A stretch of 64,000 nucleotides of DNA from NCBI RefSeq assembly GCF_009914755.1, contig NC_060948.1. One strand, 5' to 3'. Within the stretch, counting starts at the first letter, position 1. Every line of letters starts with the position of its first letter. Source of the DNA: the human T2T-CHM13v2.0 reference genome, Homo sapiens. Positions 59,017 through 64,000 of this stretch are shown in pieces. The notes below the pieces were generated by a model. It was not told the origin of the DNA. It did not search any database and worked only from the letters and a program-made list of their open reading frames with translations. Position numbers and translations under genes: made by a program.

Positions 59017-61941
59017 TAAGAACATAAAACTGGAATTATCTATGACTTGAGTCAATAATGACATCCATTATTGATGATAACAGTTCTTTTCTAGGTTTGG
59101 TAGAAATAATAATCGAAAGTTACCTTATGTGAGGATTTACCAGAAATAAACAGTCAAAGGACTTCTCTATAAAATATCATTTCTTAGCGAGCATTGACCT
59201 CTTTTTTGTGACATATGGGTTTGTAAATTAAAAAGTATGTAATAGACCTAAGGATATAAAAACAAGTGATTCAAAATACTCTGATGAAAAGAAAAGAAAC
59301 CTTTGAACCAAAGAAGTGGCTTTCAATTTAGATGGTTCTCAAAGACTGAAAACATTTTTTAAAGATTAGCAATTTTTGTTTATTGTTCTTTAAACCCCAA
59401 AGTCGAGGTGCAGATTAACCCTTCTAATTAGGCTTCATCTATGGGGGAGTACAAATTGTTTCAAAGATTCAAAATCATTTGAATATTTACTATTTTGCAA
59501 ACAGCTGGATTCCCTTGCTCTTTTACCTGTAAAGTGTATGAATGCAAAACTTCTAGGAAATGGTGGGGAAGAGCATACACCCCCACCAAAACAGGCCTTG
59601 CATTGTTGTTATTTTACCGTTTATAAAAACCTTCCTACGATGATAGATTTAATCTATAGCTGTGAGGCAGGAGAAATCCCAGAGATGGTTGTTTGCAATA
59701 CTAAGAGTAAGTTTAGCATTTTCCTAATTCTATGTCATGCATGCCCCTTTTAAAGATACTATGGCCTCTAGTACATAAGTTACAGTAATTCTTCACAATA
59801 GTTCGGTGCTTGAAGAATGAGATGGCAGACATTTTAAAAGATGTAGAAGGAATGCTTCAGCCACAAATATTCCAAAGATATAATATTTTATCCCTGGGTG
59901 ATGAATATTTGAATCGATTGTTTTTAGCTTAAGTTTTTTTTCATGTCTTCTAAAACTGATTACCATAGAAACAATTGTATTAGTCATGAAATTATCAGAT
60001 TTAGTTATCAGGTTGTTTACAAAACTTCAAGCATTGTAAATTATCTTTTCCATATGGAAAGTAACATAGATGGAGATCGTTTCAGTGCATCTTAAACTAT
60101 ATTGGTGGCCAATATAGAATGCAATTTTTTTTATAATTCTCAAGTTAATATAATACCGTAGGTTTTTCTTAATCCTCATGTTAATGCATTATTTTCAAAA
60201 ATTACAATTTTTATATTGCGAGAAACACTTCAATGAAGCTCCCACATGTGAGAAAAACACTAGAAATAGAAAGGCTTCCTTAAACCACATAAAAAATCAA
60301 CTTAGTAGGAATGAATCATTAATTTAAAAGTGCATGTGTGTGCACACACAGAGAGTTTTATCAACTCCTATGAGATTTCTTGTAAGAATTTAAGACTAAA
60401 TGTGATGTCTCAAATTAAAATTAACTCTGTAAGTAAAACTCTGCAGTGTACCAAGAACAAAGGGTAAGGAATACATAGGTACCATCAAAATTACCAGAGA
60501 CTCCTTTCAGTAGAATGTCAGTGTTCCAATTTTTCTTAACTTTAGATGTCAAAGTTATTAGCTCCATAGGTGAATATAATTTCCTGTAATGTAAATAATT
60601 GACTAAAGTTTACTGTTTTTTGAACATCTGAACTCTGTGTGAAGACCGTCAGTGAATTTATGTGTTTAATTCATAAAGATATTTTTACATATTATTAGCT
60701 TAAGCCATCTTATTTGCTATTAACAATGAGTATCATGCTATGAAAATTTCCTCAACCAGATTTTATAAAAAATTGACATATGAAGTTTTTTAATGAATAT
60801 ATTAAATAAGCAGCTAAATACTGATACTAATACTGAAAAAAAAATTGACAATATTTGACATACCAGAGAACTTGAAATGAAAAATATTAATATTAAGTGA
60901 CTGACCCATTTATATAATCTTCCTTAGTTCTGAGCTTTTCTGGATTTAGTGAGAGCCTTATATTGTCACAGAAATAAAGTCAATTATATTTCAGAGAAAA
61001 AATCATGAAAGATCATGACCTAACAGTATGCCCAAGGGATTGGAAATAAAAATATCTTTGAGTTTATTAATCTCACTAGTGTGGATAATATAATGTGTAC
61101 TTTCCATTGGTGTTGTAAGAATAAATAGAATTTTTGTCTTGTTACTATAATGTATTGGTGATGATAACACAGAGCCACCTCAATACTACAGGGACAAAGT
61201 GGACACTGGAGAAAATAAGGTCTAGTAAGTGGAATTTCATGAAAGAAAGATATACCAATAGAAATACATTTTAATTTAGGACCTCTGGTACCTTGAAAGG
61301 ATCTGGTCTGCCTTTTTCTACTTCAAGTTGCCATTGTTTAGCTGATGTATAAAGTTTGGCTTCTGATAAATGTAGTTCTTATTCTCCCAGAGTTACCCAG
61401 AGAAGGAGAGGACATCAATAGGAAACTCTTTTAAGACAGAGATTATTGCCTTAGCCTAAATTTCTATTAGATTTATTTTCTCCTTAAGAAATTAGAGACA
61501 TAATGATATCTTTATTATTCAAATACAAGGAGTGATTCTAAGATTCCTTCATTTCTTAAAGAAAATTTTCTTTATTAAATACAATATACTAGTGGACACC
61601 ATACAATCATTATCATCCACTAAGTCTATACTGCATTTAAGCATATATGAGAATAGACAGTAAAGACAAGATATGTTTAGTTGTTCTGAGAAGAATAAAT
61701 TAGGAAAGAGTAGAAATGGAAGAAGAGATACAGGTTAGGTTCATGTAAAAAAACAACATGAAAAGTGAAAAGATGCTTACCTTTGGAGGCAGTGAGATTT
61801 AATAATATATTAAAAGGGATGTAGGATAAGTTGGGGAGTAATATATTTAACAAGAAGAAAGTTCTCCTCCTTCATTTAAAAAAAAAAAAAGGAGAAGGCA
61901 AAGCAAGATGGTGGAATAGAAAACTCCACCAATTCTCCCCC

Positions 61942-62307
61942 TGTATTAGTTCCTTTTCACATGCTGATAAAGACATACATAAGACTGGGCAATTTACATA
62001 AGAAAGAGGTCTAATTGGGTTCACAATTCCACATGGCTGCAGAGACCTCACAGTCATGGCAAAAGGCTAGGAGGAGCTAGTCATGTCTTACATGGATGGA
62101 AGCAGGCAAACAGAGAGCTTGTGCAGGGCAACTCTTGTTTTTAAAGCTATCAGGTCTCATGAGACCCATTCTCTATCATGGGAATAGCACAGGAAAGACC
62201 CACCTCCATAATTCAATCATCTCCCACTGGGTCCCTCCCACAACACATGGGAATTATGAGAGCTACAAGATGAGATTTGGGTGAGGATACACAGCCAAAC
62301 CATATTA
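61942..62307 (-). mobile_element. THE1A/B solo LTR
   Basis: tgtattagt...agccaaaccatatta; TSD ccccc at 61937-61941 and 62308-62312. Confidence 0.93.
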
Positions 62308-62932
62308 CCCCCACACAATAACAGGCTTTATAGAACACCATATCATTTTCAAAACAGAATATAAATTAAATGTCTTTGGGAGGAAAAAGTAAAAAAGGTA
62401 AATTGTAGTAAAACATAGCCATAATACTTGTGATGTTATCACATAATTTTATGTGTACAATAAAAATGTCCCTAATAAATATTTTGAATACTCTATAACA
62501 GGTCCTGCTCTGGGAAGTTGAGGTCTACCAGAGGACAAACTAGAAAAAAAAAAATGTCCTACTTAACATAAAAGAATATGCTATCAAGAAAGCTGAGGAT
62601 GTTACAGATGGTCTCTCTGTGAAAGTAATATTTAAGTTTATTCCTGAAGGTTTATTAACACTGGGTGTGTAGATGTGGGAAGGATTTCTAGGTGGAGAAA
62701 ACAGCTTGTACAAAAGCCCTGAAATGAACATGCTTAGCATGTTGGAAGAACCGACAGAAGACCTGTGAATCCAGAGCAAGGATTTCAAAGGGGACAGGCA
62801 CTTAAATTTTAGTGGTGAAAGAAAGACAATAAATATATAAGATAAGCAAATTTTATTATTTGCTAATTTGCTCTCTCAAATTTTATAGCATGTTAAAAGA
62901 TGTTGAGTGCTGTATAGAAACATAGTGCAGAG

Positions 62933-64000
62933 TAATATTTGCTGTTCTGCAGCCTCCGCTGGTGATACCCAGGCAAACAGGGTCTGGAGTGGACCTCCAG
63001 CAGACACCAACAGACCTGCAGCTGAGGGTCCTGACTGTTAGAAGGAAAACTAACAAACAGAAAGGAATAGCATCAACACCAACAAAAAGGACATCCACAC
63101 CAAAACCCCATCTGTAGGTCACCATCATCAAAGACCAAAGGTAGATAAAACCACAAAGATGGGGAGAAACCAGAGCAGAAAAGCTGAAAATTCTGAAAAC
63201 CAGAGCTCCTCTTCTCCTCCAAAGGATCGCAGCTCCTCACCAGCAATGGAACAAAGCTGGACAGAGAATGACTTTGACGAGTTGACAGAAGTAGGCTTCA
63301 GAAGATCAGTAATAACAAACTTCTCTGAGCTAAAGGAGGATGTTTGAACCCATCGCAAATAAGTTAAAAACCTTGAAAAAATATTAGACGAATAGCTAAC
63401 TAGAATAAACAGTGTAGAGAAGACCTTAAATGACCCGATGGAGCTGAAAACCATGGCACGAGAACTACGTGATGCATGCACAAGCTTCAGTAGCCAATTC
63501 GATCAAGTGGAAGAAAGGGTATCAGTGATTGAAGATCAAATAAATGAAATGAAGCGAGAAGAGAAGTTTAGAGAAAAAAAGCGTAAAAATAAACGAGCAA
63601 AGCCTCCAAGGCATATGGGCCTATGTGAAAAGACCAAATCTACGTTTGATTGGTATACCTGAAAGTGACGGGGAGAATGGAACCAAGTTGGAAAACACTC
63701 TTCAGGATATTATCGAGGAGAACTTCCCCAACCTAGCAAGGCAGGCCAACATTCAAATTCAGGAAATACAGAGAACACCACAAAGATACTCCTCGAGAAG
63801 AGCAACCCCAAGATACATAATTGTCAGATTCACCAAGGTTGAAATGAAGGAAAAAATGTTAAGGCAGCCAGAGAGAAAGGTCAGGTTACCCACAAAGGGA
63901 AGCCCGTCAGACTAACAGCAGATCTCTCAGCAGAAACTCTACAAGCCAGAAGAGAGTGGGGGCCAATATTCAACATTCTTAAAAAAAGAATTTTCAACCC
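62933..64000 (+). mobile_element. L1PA6-like element: 3' part of 5'UTR and disrupted ORF1, continuing beyond the window
   Basis: ORF1 start MGRNQSRKAENS at 63159, premature TGA at 63345-63347, later frameshift, then KRPNLRLIGIPESDGENGTKLE. Confidence 0.93.

Overview
This is AT-rich, repeat-dense primate (almost certainly human) non-exonic DNA. I recognised no host protein-coding exon, RNA gene, CRISPR array or prokaryotic feature. The dominant feature is a full-length L1HS element on the minus strand (about 16159-22215), with Ta-1nd diagnostics, open ORF1, ORF2 and ORF0, and a 14-bp target-site duplication (TSD). The rest is older L1PA/L1PB/L1M fragments, about 12 Alu/FLAM copies, MaLR and ERV1 solo LTRs, a near-complete Tigger1, MIR/L2 relics, microsatellites and a short SNX3 pseudogene fragment. 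The most unusual structures are: (1) an Alu-MER2-Alu composite at 37.0-37.7 kb inside a single TSD, part of which copies the 3' end and flank of another Alu 17 kb away; (2) an SNX3 fragment that seems to contain only exon 1, with CpG-retaining flanks; (3) a doubly inverted L1PB 3' end; (4) a 94-bp self-complementary patch between exact 15-bp direct repeats. I see no evidence of a wholly new biological system. Subfamily calls and reference comparisons come from recalled consensus sequences, not alignments.
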